A stretch of DNA of 59,253 bases from Gekko japonicus (Eukaryota), in contig NW_015167097.1 in NCBI RefSeq assembly GCF_001447785.1, positions 151,870 to 211,122 of the forward strand. Direction: 5' to 3'. This document shows positions 1 through 12,862 of the stretch, one piece after another (positions within the stretch are counted from its first letter, which is position 1; every line of letters begins with the position of its first letter). Both the position numbers and the translations under genes were made by a program. Under the pieces are notes generated by a model that was given only the letters and a program-made list of their open reading frames with translations, ran no database searches and was not told the DNA's origin.

Positions 1-198
1 GTGCCCGCCCTTGCCCCACGGTTTCCGGAAACTAGTACCCCGGAGGTACTAGTTTTTTACCCCGCATCTTCGACGGGAAGCCTCGGGTTCACCGCGGGAG
101 CTCTACGCTTCCCAGACGTGGAGCTGTGATCGCGCCCGGAAAATCCGCCTATCTTCCATCTCTGTAGAGTGGCTAATGCTCCGTGTGACCGCAGCCAC
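1..198 (+). mobile_element. Right-hand part of a CpG-rich non-autonomous DNA transposon (Harbinger/PIF-like MITE), truncated by the window edge
   Basis: Shares blocks (tttccggaaactagt, ccgcatcttcg, ctacgcttcccagac/t, gtgtgaccg) with the elements at 15831-16343 and 35766-36290; ends in a degenerate TIR gtgtgaccgcagcc. Confidence 0.6.
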
Positions 199-611
199 AG
201 ATTATCTTTGGATCTTTCCTAAAAAATTTAGTCATCATGCCATGAACATCAGAAGATGTTTTTATTCTTCTTCATATATGCTTTGAATATTTATTTAGAA
301 TGTCCTGTAGGTGGAAAGTCCTGGGGCACTGTAGAGGAAGGAGGCACCAACAGCATCAAAACCTTCCCAGGAGCGTGCCTTGACTAGTCAAATGGATTCA
401 AGAGCATTCAAATCAAACCAGTGATCAGAGATTTGGGGGAATACAGATTATGTACTGAGTGAGAGCACTTTCACATGTACTGCTTGTCCTTTTCCAACAG
501 GCTATAAGTCCACAAGGGGATGAGCTGGGGGTTATCTAGCAGCAGCTACCAGATATAAGCTCTAGGCAGAAAGGACACTTTCTGCAGAGCTCGGGAGAAT
601 GTCTAGGGAAT

Positions 612-770
612 GCATGAAGCTGCCCCCTACATTGAGTCTGACCATTGGTCTCTCCAGGGGTCTTAGGCAGAGGTCCTTCATATCTTCTACCTGGTCCTTT
701 TTCAGCTTGAAATGATGGTAATTAAACCTGGAACTTTCTGCATGCAAAGCAGACATTCTCCCAGGTTCAG
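612..770 (-). mobile_element. tRNA-derived SINE remnant
   Basis: Reverse complement of the element at 35300-35480 (tRNA-like head ...gcatgcagaaag.tcccaggttcaat and tail ...cagcttcatg). Confidence 0.55.
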
Positions 771-806
771 TCGGCTACCGTCACAATTACATTGCATGCA
801 TGCATG

Positions 807-830
807 CACACACACACACACACACACACA
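807..830. repeat. (CA)n microsatellite
   Basis: Direct observation. Confidence 0.9.
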
Positions 831-3656
831 TCTGTTCAACTACAGACAGTACCATAAGAAAGGTGTCTCCTCCAACTGGCTTGGAAATTGTTAATGTCAG
901 CCAGAGCCTACACAATTGAATTCCAGGGACATGCTGGGAGACTCTTTATATATACACCACATTCCTTGAGCTATATGTTGTGATCCAGACTGATAACCAG
1001 TGAATTCAGGTGACAAGAACTGAATATCCAAGATTAAGAAAACAGTGGTTGTACGTTAACCCAGGAAGTTTGATTACAAAAATCCCATTCAATCATTATT
1101 TAGTTGGGTTTATTATAACGATCACCAGCCATCTGGACCAGTCCTACCTTAAGGCAGAGTGAGGCTGCTACTTTAGGAAACAGATTTTGATCACCATGAA
1201 AAGGATAGCAAATTGCCACTAATATTTGTTAGTGTATATGTAGTCTTAAACTCTGTCCTGTAAAACATAACTATCATTTTGTGCTAGAAGATGATTGATA
1301 CATAAATGACTTTGTGTAGTTTGTCACACTAACAGTGCAGGGATATCCACGCAATATGAGTATCTGGGAGGAGAAACTGCACATTGTGGCCGGGAGGAAC
1401 CCATTTGTATTTTCTTCTGCGGGCATTAAAAGGAAGGCCCTGACTTCTGTGGGTCAACAGGCAGCATTGGGGATGTTTAAAACTTCTAGTAGAGCACCCA
1501 AAAATAGACCTTTAGGTTTGTTCGTTGTCTACTGAGCTGTGAACCATGGTAAACTGCCTAGACCAATCCATTCTGCACCGATCAGCTGATGATACAAAGT
1601 GATGATGGGTCAGCTGAGAAAAGAAGAAAGTACTTTAGGCATTAGTCATTTCAACATGCTTGTATATGAACTATTATATTGCCAGGGAAATTCTTTTTCT
1701 GGTGGCTGCAAAATTGAATCATTTTGTAGTATTTGGCCTAACAGGTGTTTAGTCTCCACTCATAGATTTTGATGGCATGTGGTTAAACCACTTCCTTCTG
1801 AGGCATGCAATATTTCACTCTCCCTTCAAAATGCTGTGATATAAGTTGATCCAGGACACAGATTAGTCACTAGTAATAGAAAATCTTGCAAGTAAAGCTG
1901 TCGGTTTAATGAGCTCTGTCCATCCTGAACCAAGCAAAAGCTTGGCTTCTATTTTTCATTGTCTCCCAAGGAGTTCTTTCTCACAGGGTATACATTTTTA
2001 GAGGACTATTAGACAGCATTAGACAACAATCTTATTTTTTAACCTTAGGTTTCCACATTACAACACTTTAAAAAAATTATAGACCATTACCTTGGCATAT
2101 AGAACATTACCTCAGCAATTATTTAGAAAAGGGAGATTTGGATCAGAGTTCATCTGATGCTTTAGAATTATAATGACACAGTAGAAATAAAACCACAGGA
2201 AAACCTCACCACATTCTCCCCTAGCTTCCAAGCCATGCTTCATTTTTGCTCCTTCTTTGATGGACCACCACTTCAAACCTTAGCATCACTGACTGGTTTA
2301 GCAATTTGTTCCAAATATCATATGGCAAGTTTCTGAAGCTTTAGATGTGTAGTGGCATTTGCTTCTTGTCTTAAGGGGGAGGACGGGACAAGAGTAGAAC
2401 ACGAGGATCCAATTGTCTGATAAACAGAAACATCTGTTGGAGTTATGAATGGTTGATTAGTGGAGTTCATTTCCAGGGTACGGCTTCAGTGGAACTCTCT
2501 TGTTTCTGAATTTTGCATGTGTCAGCAGTTCCCAAATGGTGGGTCAAGACTCACAGCCAGCTCATGAGAGCCTTGTGGCTGAATCACTGGGTTGTTGGCA
2601 GTGTAGGGTCAGTGGAAAGGCTTCACAAAGGTAACTGAGAAGTGCATCATGGGATATAGACTCTTATTTTCCTAGGATAGCATTTAATTCCTTAGCTCCT
2701 AGTTCGTTTACCCCAATTCTCTTTACAATCTTCTTGAATTATGTCCATTTCTTTTGTCAACAAATTGCATCCTGGCTTTTGTCTTTGTGTCACCTTTTTA
2801 TGCCTTTGGGGGCTGGTTGCTTTTTCTTCTGACCTACTGGGACAGATATGACCATATACATGACTTGAGCCAAGATGTGTGTGTGTGAAATAAGCATACA
2901 CGTTGATCATGTTGAGCTCACAGTGAAATCTTCAGTTGCTGTGCAAGTCTGGCGTCATGCAAACTTCCCAATGGAGTGGAAGAAATGTGTTTAGACCCCC
3001 ACCCTGCTCTGGAACAGCCAGGCCAGACACCCTAACAGCCAGTCATTATCCTGGCTCTTGACAGCTAAATAACAACTTCAGTATCCCAATTACAAAACAA
3101 AAAGCCCACCAAATGAGGACACCTTTTTGCATTTGAGAAGAACTCTGCATAATTAACTAGGCTGCAGCTCTAATTTGTTTTTACAGACTGGGTTTCAGTC
3201 ATCTGCAATCACCCAGCGTTTTCTGAGTTTTGAGCAACCATACATGTATTTTTTCTGGCATTCTGCATGCTAAGGGAGGGGGCATGCTTCAATGGGAGAG
3301 CAACTGGAAAAGAAAGAATTTCTAGCTGGAAACTGAACAAATTTTCTACTCGTTACTTAAGAATTCTTTCGTGAACAATGAAGAACTTTGCATGGTTTTA
3401 GATTAAGCTGATAGAACAAAAGCAAACTATAAAACTGTAGATTAGAATTTTAAATGGTAGGAGTAGAACATTTTACACACAGTGCCGTGTATTGGAGCTA
3501 TTTGTCCCTGGCTTTCTGTAACTCAGAATCACTATGCAAGGAAGATGTCCTCCAACATCTAATCATGAGATGTGAAATCCAGCTCTTCTTCTTTCAGTTG
3601 TGGTTGACACTCACTCATGCTTTCAAGACCATAGGACTAGGAAAGTTGGTTCCATA

Positions 3657-4249
3657 TAGGCTTCCAAAGATCCCACTTGGGGTGGGGAATCCTCTGCCCC
3701 CTAGGCTTGCCACTCCCCAGGTTGGGGCGGGGTTTTCCCCAGGGCTTCTCCCCACCCCCAAACAGCCACATCTCCATGTGACTTCTTTGACGTGATGAGA
3801 CCACCTGGAAGTGACATCATGCTGGAGATGTCACGTAGGGATGCTCTGGTTTAAGGACAAAACGTTATGGTTTTAAGCTGGCATTACCATAGAGATTTGC
3901 CCTTAGACCAGCGTGTACCGCCTGACTTTCAGGTGACATCATCACATCTGGGACATCCCAGAATGCCCCCCAAATTCCCCCACCAGAGCGACAAGGAGAC
4001 TTGGCAACCCTACTGCCCCCAATGGACCCTCCCCACTGCTGCTCAGTTGGGTGATGGGAGAAAAATAAAGAAGAAAATGAGGGGACGGTCAATGTCCCCC
4101 CATGTAAGTGGAAGTGACATCAGCCTGTCACTGGATACATTCTAGCATTCAGGCACAACCATATATGGTCATTATGTTTCTGGCGAGGGCCCCCACTGCC
4201 CCCCTCACTGAGTCTCCCGCCAGTTGCCAGCCTTATGCTGGCAAGCCTA
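3657..4249. mobile_element. hAT-type MITE (outer element) hosting a nested hAT MITE
   Basis: Termini TAGGCTTCCA...TGGCAAGCCTA; flanked by near-identical 8-bp TSD GTTCCATA (3649-3656) / GTTTCATA (4250-4257). Confidence 0.7.
3702..4012. mobile_element. hAT-type MITE (inner, nested)
   Basis: TIRs TAGGCTTGCCA...TGGCAACCCTA; perfect 8-bp TSD CTGCCCCC at 3694-3701 and 4013-4020. Confidence 0.85.
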
Positions 4250-4315
4250 GTTTCATATGTGGAGCATGGAGCTGAACATGAAAGCCTGGAGCACTGCACG
4301 GTGAGCAAGAGACTT

Positions 4316-4528
4316 GGGGTTGCTAACTCCAGGTTGGGAAATTCCTGGAGATTTGCGGGTGGGGGCTGGGGGTGGTGGGGCTTGGGGAGGAGAGGGATGT
4401 CAGTGGGGTACAATGCCATACAGCCCACCCTCCAAAGCAGCCATTTTCTGCAGGGGAGCAGATTTCTGTCATCTGGAGATCCATTATAATTCCAGTAGAT
4501 CTCCAGGCCTTACATGGACATTGGCAGC
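4316..4528. mobile_element. hAT-type MITE (TAGGGTTGCCA family), degenerate
   Basis: Same body as copies at 13433-13889, 14760-15078 and 53236-53668 (gggaaattcctggagatttg...ccaccctccaaagcagccattttct). Confidence 0.65.
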
Positions 4529-4595
4529 TTTAGCAGATATTCTGAAACAAAAGTAAATCATGTGCCTATAACATTGTGCCTAGTGGTTAAATATC

Positions 4596-4951
4596 TGTCA
4601 GACTCCTGCAGCAATCAGTTCCCAACAACTTTTATTCAAAGAAGTAAAAATTTATTGAGACATTGAGAGTATGCAGATATCTTAACTACTTTGTGTTAGA
4701 ACTGGGTAAAAGCACGTGAAGCAAGCAGATATACATTATTCAAGGGGGTCCCCTGGTGGTGTCGAGCCAATCAGGTAACAGGTAAGAGCCAACCAAAGTA
4801 ATGGGCTGCATTTCCCAAGAGAAAGACTACACTAGGCACTCAATGTCAGACATAAGTCGCAGAGATAATAAAACCAGTGAATGCACAGCAGAATCGAAAG
4901 CAGACATTCCAGAGTCACCCCAGCCAGGACTTCACAGAGACCTAGCTGACA
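4596..4951 (-). mobile_element. Solo LTR (Gypsy/ERV-type), 356 bp
   Basis: TGTCAG...CTGACA terminal inverted repeat; perfect 5-bp TSD ATATC at 4591-4595 and 4952-4956; AATAAA on the minus strand near the left end (tttatt ~4631 and ~4651). Confidence 0.8.
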
Positions 4952-5759
4952 ATATCTCTGGGTTTGCATCAATAAAATACCATATAGGCCTCCCTCCCCT
5001 TTCCATCTTAAGTCACGAACCACAGCATCATGTTCCTCCTGTCCATATCACCACTTTTTGGCTGAACTTTTATGGCTGAACTGGGGTCTTTCCAATCCTA
5101 ATCTGACACCTTAATCACTATACCACACTAGCTTCACCTCAGTAAAACTAACATTCATAAATCTGATACAAATAGTAGAGGTTATTTTGATTTGGGCACC
5201 TTTACTGCTCCTCTAATGTTTGGAGGGCTCTTCTATTGAATTATCTCACTGCATTAATTATCACAAGCTACAGTCTCCATGACTCCATCCAAAATATATC
5301 ATTTTGTACCAGCAATATTTCTGCCATAATATTCATTAATTAAAAGCAAGAACTCTTGGAACACCCTATAAGCAATTTTTCATACGTCTTTATTTGTTAG
5401 TCTAAACACTCTTTTGTGTTGCTTATTTAAATTCAAATAAATAAATCAAGAGTAGATATGAACCAGAGTTAGTCTCAGAAGTCAGGCAACTAATTCGATC
5501 AGAGTTTTATAGTTTCCAGTCTAGTTCCCTTAACACTCTGCGAGCAAAACCCATGGTGATTCGAGGGAGAGTGTGACAGCAGTATTCTTTGAAGAGCAGA
5601 CTTCTCTTACTCATGACTCTTTATTGTACTTTTCACTGTACAAAATGCTTTACAATTTTTATCTCATTTTGCTTCTTGGATACTGTGTTTTTCATGTGCT
5701 ATAGCAATAATTCACAATGGGATTTTCCCTGGTGGAAGACAAACCAATTCTGTTGCAAA

Positions 5760-6082
5760 TAGGGTTCCTAAGTACCTACCTACGATCCAGCAGGGGACAC
5801 ATGCTTCCCTGCCAGAAGAGTCTTGCTTGGAACACAGGCGCTGCACTATTCCATCGCCCAGACATGACGTAGGCATGTAGCTGGGTGACGCTCTGGTAAT
5901 GGGACTGGAAACTCAATGGTACCATCGAGTTTCCAGCCCCATTGCTACAGCGTCACCCGGCTACATGCCTACGTCACATCTGGGCAACAGAATAGTGCAG
6001 CACCTGTGTTTTCCCCGTGGGAATGGTCCCGCAAAGAATAATACATCCCCCACCGAATTAAGGTAAGTACTTGGGAGCCCTA
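5760..6082. mobile_element. hAT-type MITE with ~180-bp internal palindrome
   Basis: Termini TAGGGTTCCTAAGTAC...GTACTTGGGAGCCCTA; perfect 8-bp TSD GTTGCAAA (5752-5759, 6083-6090); inverted repeat 5831-6010 centred on GGTACC (5918-5923). Confidence 0.85.
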
Positions 6083-8024
6083 GTTGCAAATGACTGCTAT
6101 AAGCACAATAGTAACTACATGTGGATGTTTTTTTGGTCTTCACATCATCCCCACTGAGCAAGCTAAAATAAAAAGGGAAATATTTAAGATGTTCCATGAA
6201 CAAAAAAGATGCTTCTAGCCTTGGGTTGCTGCTTCACATTTTCTTCTTGCTTGACCGAAGAGTTGCCACCTGTTAGCTCCTTTGTCTTTAACAATTGCAT
6301 TAAAACAACATGCCTGCCTTTCCCAGCATTAATCTGCAAGAAAGGGGAAAGTTTCACCTGTTGAAGTTCTGCTACTCATGATGCCCCTGTTAAAGGTACA
6401 CCAGCCCTTCTACAAGTAAAGCAGCAGCCCTACACAGATTAATAATCCGTAATAAAACATATAGCTGTAATAAGATAACTGAAAACCCTAACAACAAAAA
6501 TGCTCCTCTTAATCTCTCTTCTTTCCTCTCTGCAGCTACATCATTTTGTCTCTACCTATATCTGTTTATATAAGACGTCATTTGTCTTCTGCAGTTCTTA
6601 TCAGTTTTACAAAACCAAAAATGATTCCCTACTTTAAAGGAAAAGATAGCCTGGGAAACTGAATGTTTAGTGACTGATCTGCATTTCTGAAAGGGAAGGA
6701 GGAGGAGGAGGAGTTCACCAGATTAGAGTCCTCAGCATTTACCCACTACACCACACTGGCTCTCAGAAAAACTGTGTGGTAGGGTGGAGGCAAATTATAA
6801 TCCTAATGGTCTTGATTGCCTTCATTGTTGGGAAAAGTAGCACCTTGTATCCATTGTTGTGCACTCAGATACTGGGGGGGAGGGAGACTGTGAACATGAA
6901 TGTTTGATTAGCCTCTGTTTCCTCTCCTTCCCTGGCATAGCAGGGGGTGGGGGGGTAGAATAGTAAAAATGGCAGACGACATGCGTTATTTCAGATATAC
7001 CAAAGAAGTCTGCTTAACATCTGTCTTTCAACCTCACATGCCCCCCCAAAAAAGACTAACATATATTTCCTCATTCCAAGATTCTTAGCATCTGTTGGTA
7101 TTATAATGTGCATCTCATCATATGCGCCACACTGTCCATCTTACTCCCTTTATGCCATCAGCAACAGGCATCCCTTGAAGGAAATCCCCTCTGTGGATGG
7201 TTGATGGGTGGACTGGCAGACTCCTCTGCTGCTATTTTGTCTTGGGCTACCTGGAAGTAACAGTGAACCTGTCATTTCGTAAATGAGCACATTTCTTTAA
7301 AGTTCCTCCCACCTGCTTGGAACAGTTTTTATACCAATTTATGGAGTTTTAACTTTGGGTAACTATGGAAAATAAATGGGGCATTTGGGATGAGAGAGGG
7401 GGAAAGTTCTGTGAAGGTACAAAATATATGTTCTCCATTTCTCTGAAAAGGAAGATTGCATTTTTGGCTTCCTTAGTTCATAGCCATTTGTGTTAATAGG
7501 CATAAAACATCCAATGGCAGTTTTGCAGGTTATCTAGGGATATGTAAGGAAGTATTTGCTTTCAGGAAGTTTTAGCATTGGACCTTTGGCAGCCACAAGA
7601 GTTTTGTTCACAGTGACAGAAAACAAAACCATATTCGAGAGAGAGAGAGAGAGAGACTGACTGATAATATATGTGGAGGTTTGCCTTAACCTTTTAAGAG
7701 CTAGATGTCATAGCATAAGTAAAGTAGACAAAGATAAATGCCCAATACCATTTACCAGATTACATGGACAAGTTGCTCCTCCATAGCCATCAAACTGCAA
7801 TGGGTGTTGTCAGAGCATCCATACATCTTTATCCTCCTCCCACTTCCCTTCTGTCACCTTCTGTGGTTTCCCCTTTCCTCCAGCATTGCTGGAAACATCA
7901 GCCTCAATCAGGGTTTCCTACAGTGTGAACGAGAAGATGTAGATTTCCATAGTCCCAGTCATATCTGGCACCATTTTTCTTCCCTGTCCCCTTGCACCCT
8001 TCCCCCACTGCTGTCAGTGGGCCT

Positions 8025-8364
8025 TTTAGCTCAAGTGGTTAAGACGCTGAACTGCAGGCTGTGGAAGGTCAGTAGATCAACAGTTTGGGACCCAAGTGTG
8101 CCGCATGACGGAGTGAGGGCCTGTCTCTAGTTCCAGCTCCTGCCAACCTAGCAATTCAAAAGCAAGAAATTGCAAGTAGATAAATAGGTACCACTTCAGT
8201 GGGAAGGTAACAGTGTTCCGTGCGCCTTGGTGTTTAGTCATGCCGGCCACATGACCACAGAAATGTCTTTGGACAGCGCTGGCTCTTTGGCTTTGAAACG
8301 GAGATGAGCACCGCAACCCCAGAGTCGGATTCTGCTGGCTTTCGAGCAAGGGAACCTTTACCTT
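8025..8364 (+). mobile_element. Sauria SINE
   Basis: tRNA-like head (gctcaagtggttaagacgctgaactgc), conserved body and ACCTTT-type tail (ggaacctttacctt); reverse complement of the copy at 48531-48873. Confidence 0.85.
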
Positions 8365-9754
8365 ATGTCACTATAGCACTATGGTGATATACCTACTTAT
8401 AGATTTTAGCAGTAGGTATGTCACTATAACACTATGGTGATATACCTACTTCTAGATTTTTAAGACAGCAAAAAAGCCCCATGGCAGCATAGTGGTGGGG
8501 GAAAGGTAGGTGTAAGAAAATGTGGTGGGAAAACCAGAGAATCATGTAGTGTGAATGCCCAGTTGCTTCTGTGAATGCAAGGAGTCCACAGTTGGGAAGC
8601 AGCTCTAAGTCAACCAGAAACAGAAGTCTGACCATGCTTCCCCATGAAATGTTGACCCAGAACATGCCCCATGACTTTGGACTCTTTCCAAAGGAATATC
8701 ACATTGTGGTTCACCAAGGTCCATTGCTGTCTTGCTCTTTTCTTCATATAAGAATAGTTTGTTAAACAGCTGCATGGCCCTGTTGGCTAATATGCAATTT
8801 CCTGGGACTATTCTGCATGATTTTAACACATATGAATCAGGCCAATGTCATAATTCACAGCAGAGACCAAGAATTTAGTAATAAGGGTCCAGTTCATATT
8901 GCAAATTTCTCCCTAAGATTATATACACAGAGAAAACTGTAGCCTTAACAATGAAATTGTCATGACACTCTGCACTTACAGTGCAATCCTTAGTACACAT
9001 TGCTGCATACTTGTATAACGATCACAGGTGGTCATCTGCCATGTGAAGCAGCCCAAAGAACTGAACATCTGTGCTAATAAAAAGAATACCCAAAGCTAGA
9101 TAGGTAAATGAATATGCCTACAAATAGAGAATAGCTCTTGTGGGTCTTCCAGAAGTATTGTTCTTTGTATACTTTCAGGCCACCTGGAGAGATCTATGAA
9201 ACACAGGTGCTGCCAGAGCACCTTTGGAAACTTTATACCTGGTGGCAACTCACCCGCCAGCTAGATTACAACACACTGGAGCATGATCTCACAGGCAGGA
9301 ACAGATCTCTCCCACTCTCCCTTGCTACATTTCTCAATAGGAAATGAAAAATTAAGCCTCTAGGTTGATGGCTCCACTAGAGAAGCCATTCAAAGAAACC
9401 ATGCTACATTTTGAGGAATGGCTGCCAGAAAGGACCAAGACATTACAATGAAAGGATAAAAAGAGATTTCTTTGTCTCACTTTTTTTCTTAACTCTGAGA
9501 ACCAGGAAGATAGGAATTATTTGATCCTTTTTCAGCCCTCTTCCATTGCCAGCCCTGCCATGTGTTCATGCATGTTCCTTGATTATGATGAGACAAAAAT
9601 GGAAAACATCACTAGGTCAGAGATGTGCCACTGCTCCTGGGACATGTGGGTGGTATTCAGAATGTTCTCTGAAGGCATTTCTGAACTAGATGGGGCTCTA
9701 TCACACTGATGCATTTTGTGCCTCACAAAATTCTAGGTCACACAGGAAGGATCA

Positions 9755-10480
9755 TCTATACATATAAAAGAAAGTCCCCTCACTGTAAAATGGCCCGGCC
9801 AAACCGCTGGACCTAGAGACACCAAATTCGGGGAGAGCACTCCTACCATGGCATAGGTGCTCACTAAGAAGGGATTTTTAGAAATTCGACCCCTAAGTAG
9901 GTAAAATTGATTCCTATGCAGCTGCCAGGCAGCTGCCTCCCTGCACCCCCCCACTCTCTGATTGGTCAGCTGCAGAGCTCAGTGCTCTGAGGTAAAAAAA
10001 AAAAACACACCAGTTACAGGGGACTGCAGAGAGCTAATGACAGCTGAGGAAATCAGGAGTGGCCAACACCCACCTGTGAGGTGAAGCAAAGCTGCTGGCC
10101 CAGCCTCTCTGATGGCTTCCAACACACTCCCCCCACCTCCTACACCTAACAGGCAGTTGTCTGTCAGGTGCAGCAGCAGTTGCAGGGTGCTTAAAGCCAC
10201 AAGAGAGCCCACCCCAGCAGTAACACCTTAGTGATTCTGCCAGCCCCGCCTCCACAGTGGCTTCTAATACTCCTCCCCCTCCTATACTGGACAGGCAATT
10301 GCCTGTCAGATGTAGGACAGGAGGTGGGATGCTTACAGCTGCCGGGGGGAGTTTTGCTCAGCATGATTGCCTTAGCTTTGCTGCTGGCCCAGCCTCCCTG
10401 ATGCCTTTAAATATAACCCTCCCAAACACCAGACAGGCAGGTGTCTGACAGGTGTAGGAGCAGGAGCAGGAAAATTGGTT
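9755..10480 (+). mobile_element. Non-autonomous Helitron-like remnant (5' end recognisable)
   Basis: Begins A|TCTATACATATAAAAG (TC after A, Helitron-type 5' end); internal ~180-bp tandem repeats (aggcagttgtctgtcagg..., gctgctggcccagcctc). No clear CTAG 3' end found; right boundary approximate. Confidence 0.45.
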
Positions 10481-11575
10481 CATATGAACTTCCTTAATAT
10501 CTGATTGCTCGGATGGTGTTTTGAATACATAGTTATGTCCTACTTCTTAAACGTAACATAAATGAGAGGCAATTTTGTAAAAACAGGGGGGGTATGCCCT
10601 CCCTCCCCCAATTCAATGCCCAGGCCAAACCCCTGCACCAAGAAACCCAACATAAGGGTAGTGCATTCCTTCCATGACATAAAACCTCAGGAGCTGACTT
10701 AACAGATGACTGCTTCTTAAACGTTGCCTGCTCCAGAGTGAGCTCACCAAGCAGCCGGTCCTAGCACTTGAGGGCATAATCACCAATGTGGTCTACAGAG
10801 AGGTCCTTCAGTAGAGAAAAAAACAAGTATGTATGTCTCGCTTCATTTTTTACACTACAATTCTTCTCCATTAGAATTCCTACAACAAATGTTACATTTC
10901 AAACTTCACATCATCAGTATTATAACTGGATTTATGGAACTTAAATATCGTAGCAAAGCACAGGTATCAGGCTAGTTTTGCATATAATCAAATTCATTTA
11001 TGGAGTGTGCTTCCTAGTAGTAATTAATGTGCACCCCCATTGTGGAATGTTTCAGGATATTATACAGCCATGTTAACTACTGAAGAGCTTAAACAGCTAA
11101 CCTTTTCAACATTCTGTCATTATTGTTTTACACTCACACCATACGAAGGCATAATTAGCCACAGATTCTCATGACATATATGGAATATACACATCACAGA
11201 AAATCCTGCCACAGGTCTGCCATAATAAAGTATGCCTTAGTGTTTGTTCAGTGGTAGATAAAGCAATTAACTAAATTACAATTCTTACATCGTTGGTTCC
11301 TTTAATATAGGAATTTGATTTTGTGCAAATCTGTCTTCATTTATGTAACCCACTTTAGCTGTACTAAAACATACAGAAGTTCCAGCATAGCTTTAACAGG
11401 ATGTTGCTATCTGATGTGGGATAGACTTTGTTATTCCATAGCATAAACTAGAATCTCTCAAAATCTGGGTCAGGTTAGAATGATCACCCTGATTTGAAAA
11501 GAGAATTTTTCAAGAGTTTATTCTTGACCAGAAGAAACGTGCAATGGTGTAAACAGTTCTCAGTAGTCTTTCTTA

Positions 11576-11809
11576 AAGGTAAAGGTAAAGCTTCCCTTGC
11601 TCGAAAGCCAGTCGAATCTGATTATAGGGTTGCGGTGCTCATCTCCGTTTCAAAGCCGAAGAGCCAGCGCTGTCCAAAGACGTTTCCGTGGTCATGTGGC
11701 CAGCATGACTAAACACCAAGGCGCATGGAACGCTGTTACCTTTCCACCGAAGTGGTACCTATTTATCTACTTGCAATTTCTTGCTTTCGAACTGCTAGGT
11801 TGGCAGGAG
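11576..11809 (-). mobile_element. 5'-truncated Sauria SINE
   Basis: (AAAGGT)n tail on + strand; body matches other copies; 10-bp TSD GTCTTTCTTA at 11566-11575 and 11810-11819. Confidence 0.9.
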
Positions 11810-12540
11810 GTCTTTCTTACAAGACATTAAGAACCTAATTAGGCATTATCTAAATCTGTGGATGGAACCCACAATGTCAGAAAGGAGATTTTTCTCCAAA
11901 CTTAGGAGAACCCCAGGTTTGCAGATAAATCTAAAAACAATGTAAAAACCCTTGGGGGGTTTAAATCCCACTCCCCAATAAAAGCATCGTCTATGCATGC
12001 GCAGACAATGCGCCTTCCTCCTCCAAGCACTGTGGATGGTGGTGATGGTGGGGTCTTGGGAACAGAAGTGATTGGGATGGAGAAGCTGCACCATGTCTGA
12101 TGTCGACAAGGAGCATGGCCTAGAGCTACGGCAGCCCCAGAGGTGGAAGCAGCAATTGGGGGTGGTGAAGCAGCTGCTGGCCCAGTGCTGGAGGTCAGGA
12201 GCCACAGCCAGGCCTGATTCCAATGACAGGACAGGGGTTGGCCAGGAGCCATGGCAGCCCCAGCATGACAGCAATGTTTGGGGGTGCAGGGAAGAAGGAA
12301 GAGAAGATGGGGGAAGGGGGAAATAAAGAGAGAGTGATGAGTTGATAGGCAGAAAGAGAGTGGTGGGAGCAGAAGGGAAAAGAGAATAACGGAATGGAGG
12401 CAGACAGAGAGCAAAGGAATGAGGATGTGGGCAGAGAGAGACAAAGGGAGTGATGGGGTGGGAATCAGAAAGAGAAAGAAAGTGATGGGGTGGGCCAGAA
12501 AGAGAGAGAATGAAAGAGATAGAGTAGGGGACACAGAAAA

Positions 12541-12862
12541 TGTAATGTACTGCCGCCATTACTACATGCAAGGTATTCAGCCTGACATGCCCGGACTTGC
12601 CCGGGCTGGCCAGGCACAATTTATCTGTAGCATCAGCCGAAAGACAAAGGATCCGAAGGATCCTAGCCGGCCCAATCAAAAGGGCTAGCTTCCCAGCCGG
12701 GAGACCAATGGTCGCCCGGTTACTGTAAATAGCCTATCGGGAGTAGGGGGTGTGTTTAGGTGTACTTGGTGGCTACTGAGTTGAGTGCTTGTTCGTTACT
12801 TCCAATAAAGCTGAATCACTTGCTGAATCACTCTAAGAGTCCTTTGTTAGCGCGATCTAACA
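12541..12862 (+). mobile_element. Candidate LTR (322 bp), CpG-retaining
   Basis: TG...CA termini (TGTAATG...CTAACA), two CCAAT boxes, TATA-like GTAAATAG, AATAAA at ~12804, followed by TGGCG (PBS-like start). Interrupts a GA-rich tract. No TSD found. Confidence 0.5.

Noticed and set aside
1580-1620. C/D-box-like GTGATGA...CTGA and CUGAUGA
   Set aside because: Far too short for a snoRNA, and no hammerhead stem II/GAAA follows. Other CTGATGA hits (17156, 27435, 39400, 46028) also lack the core.
11846-12679. 277-aa and 210-aa minus-strand ORFs
   Set aside because: Low-complexity translations of a GA-rich repeat and LTR-like sequence.
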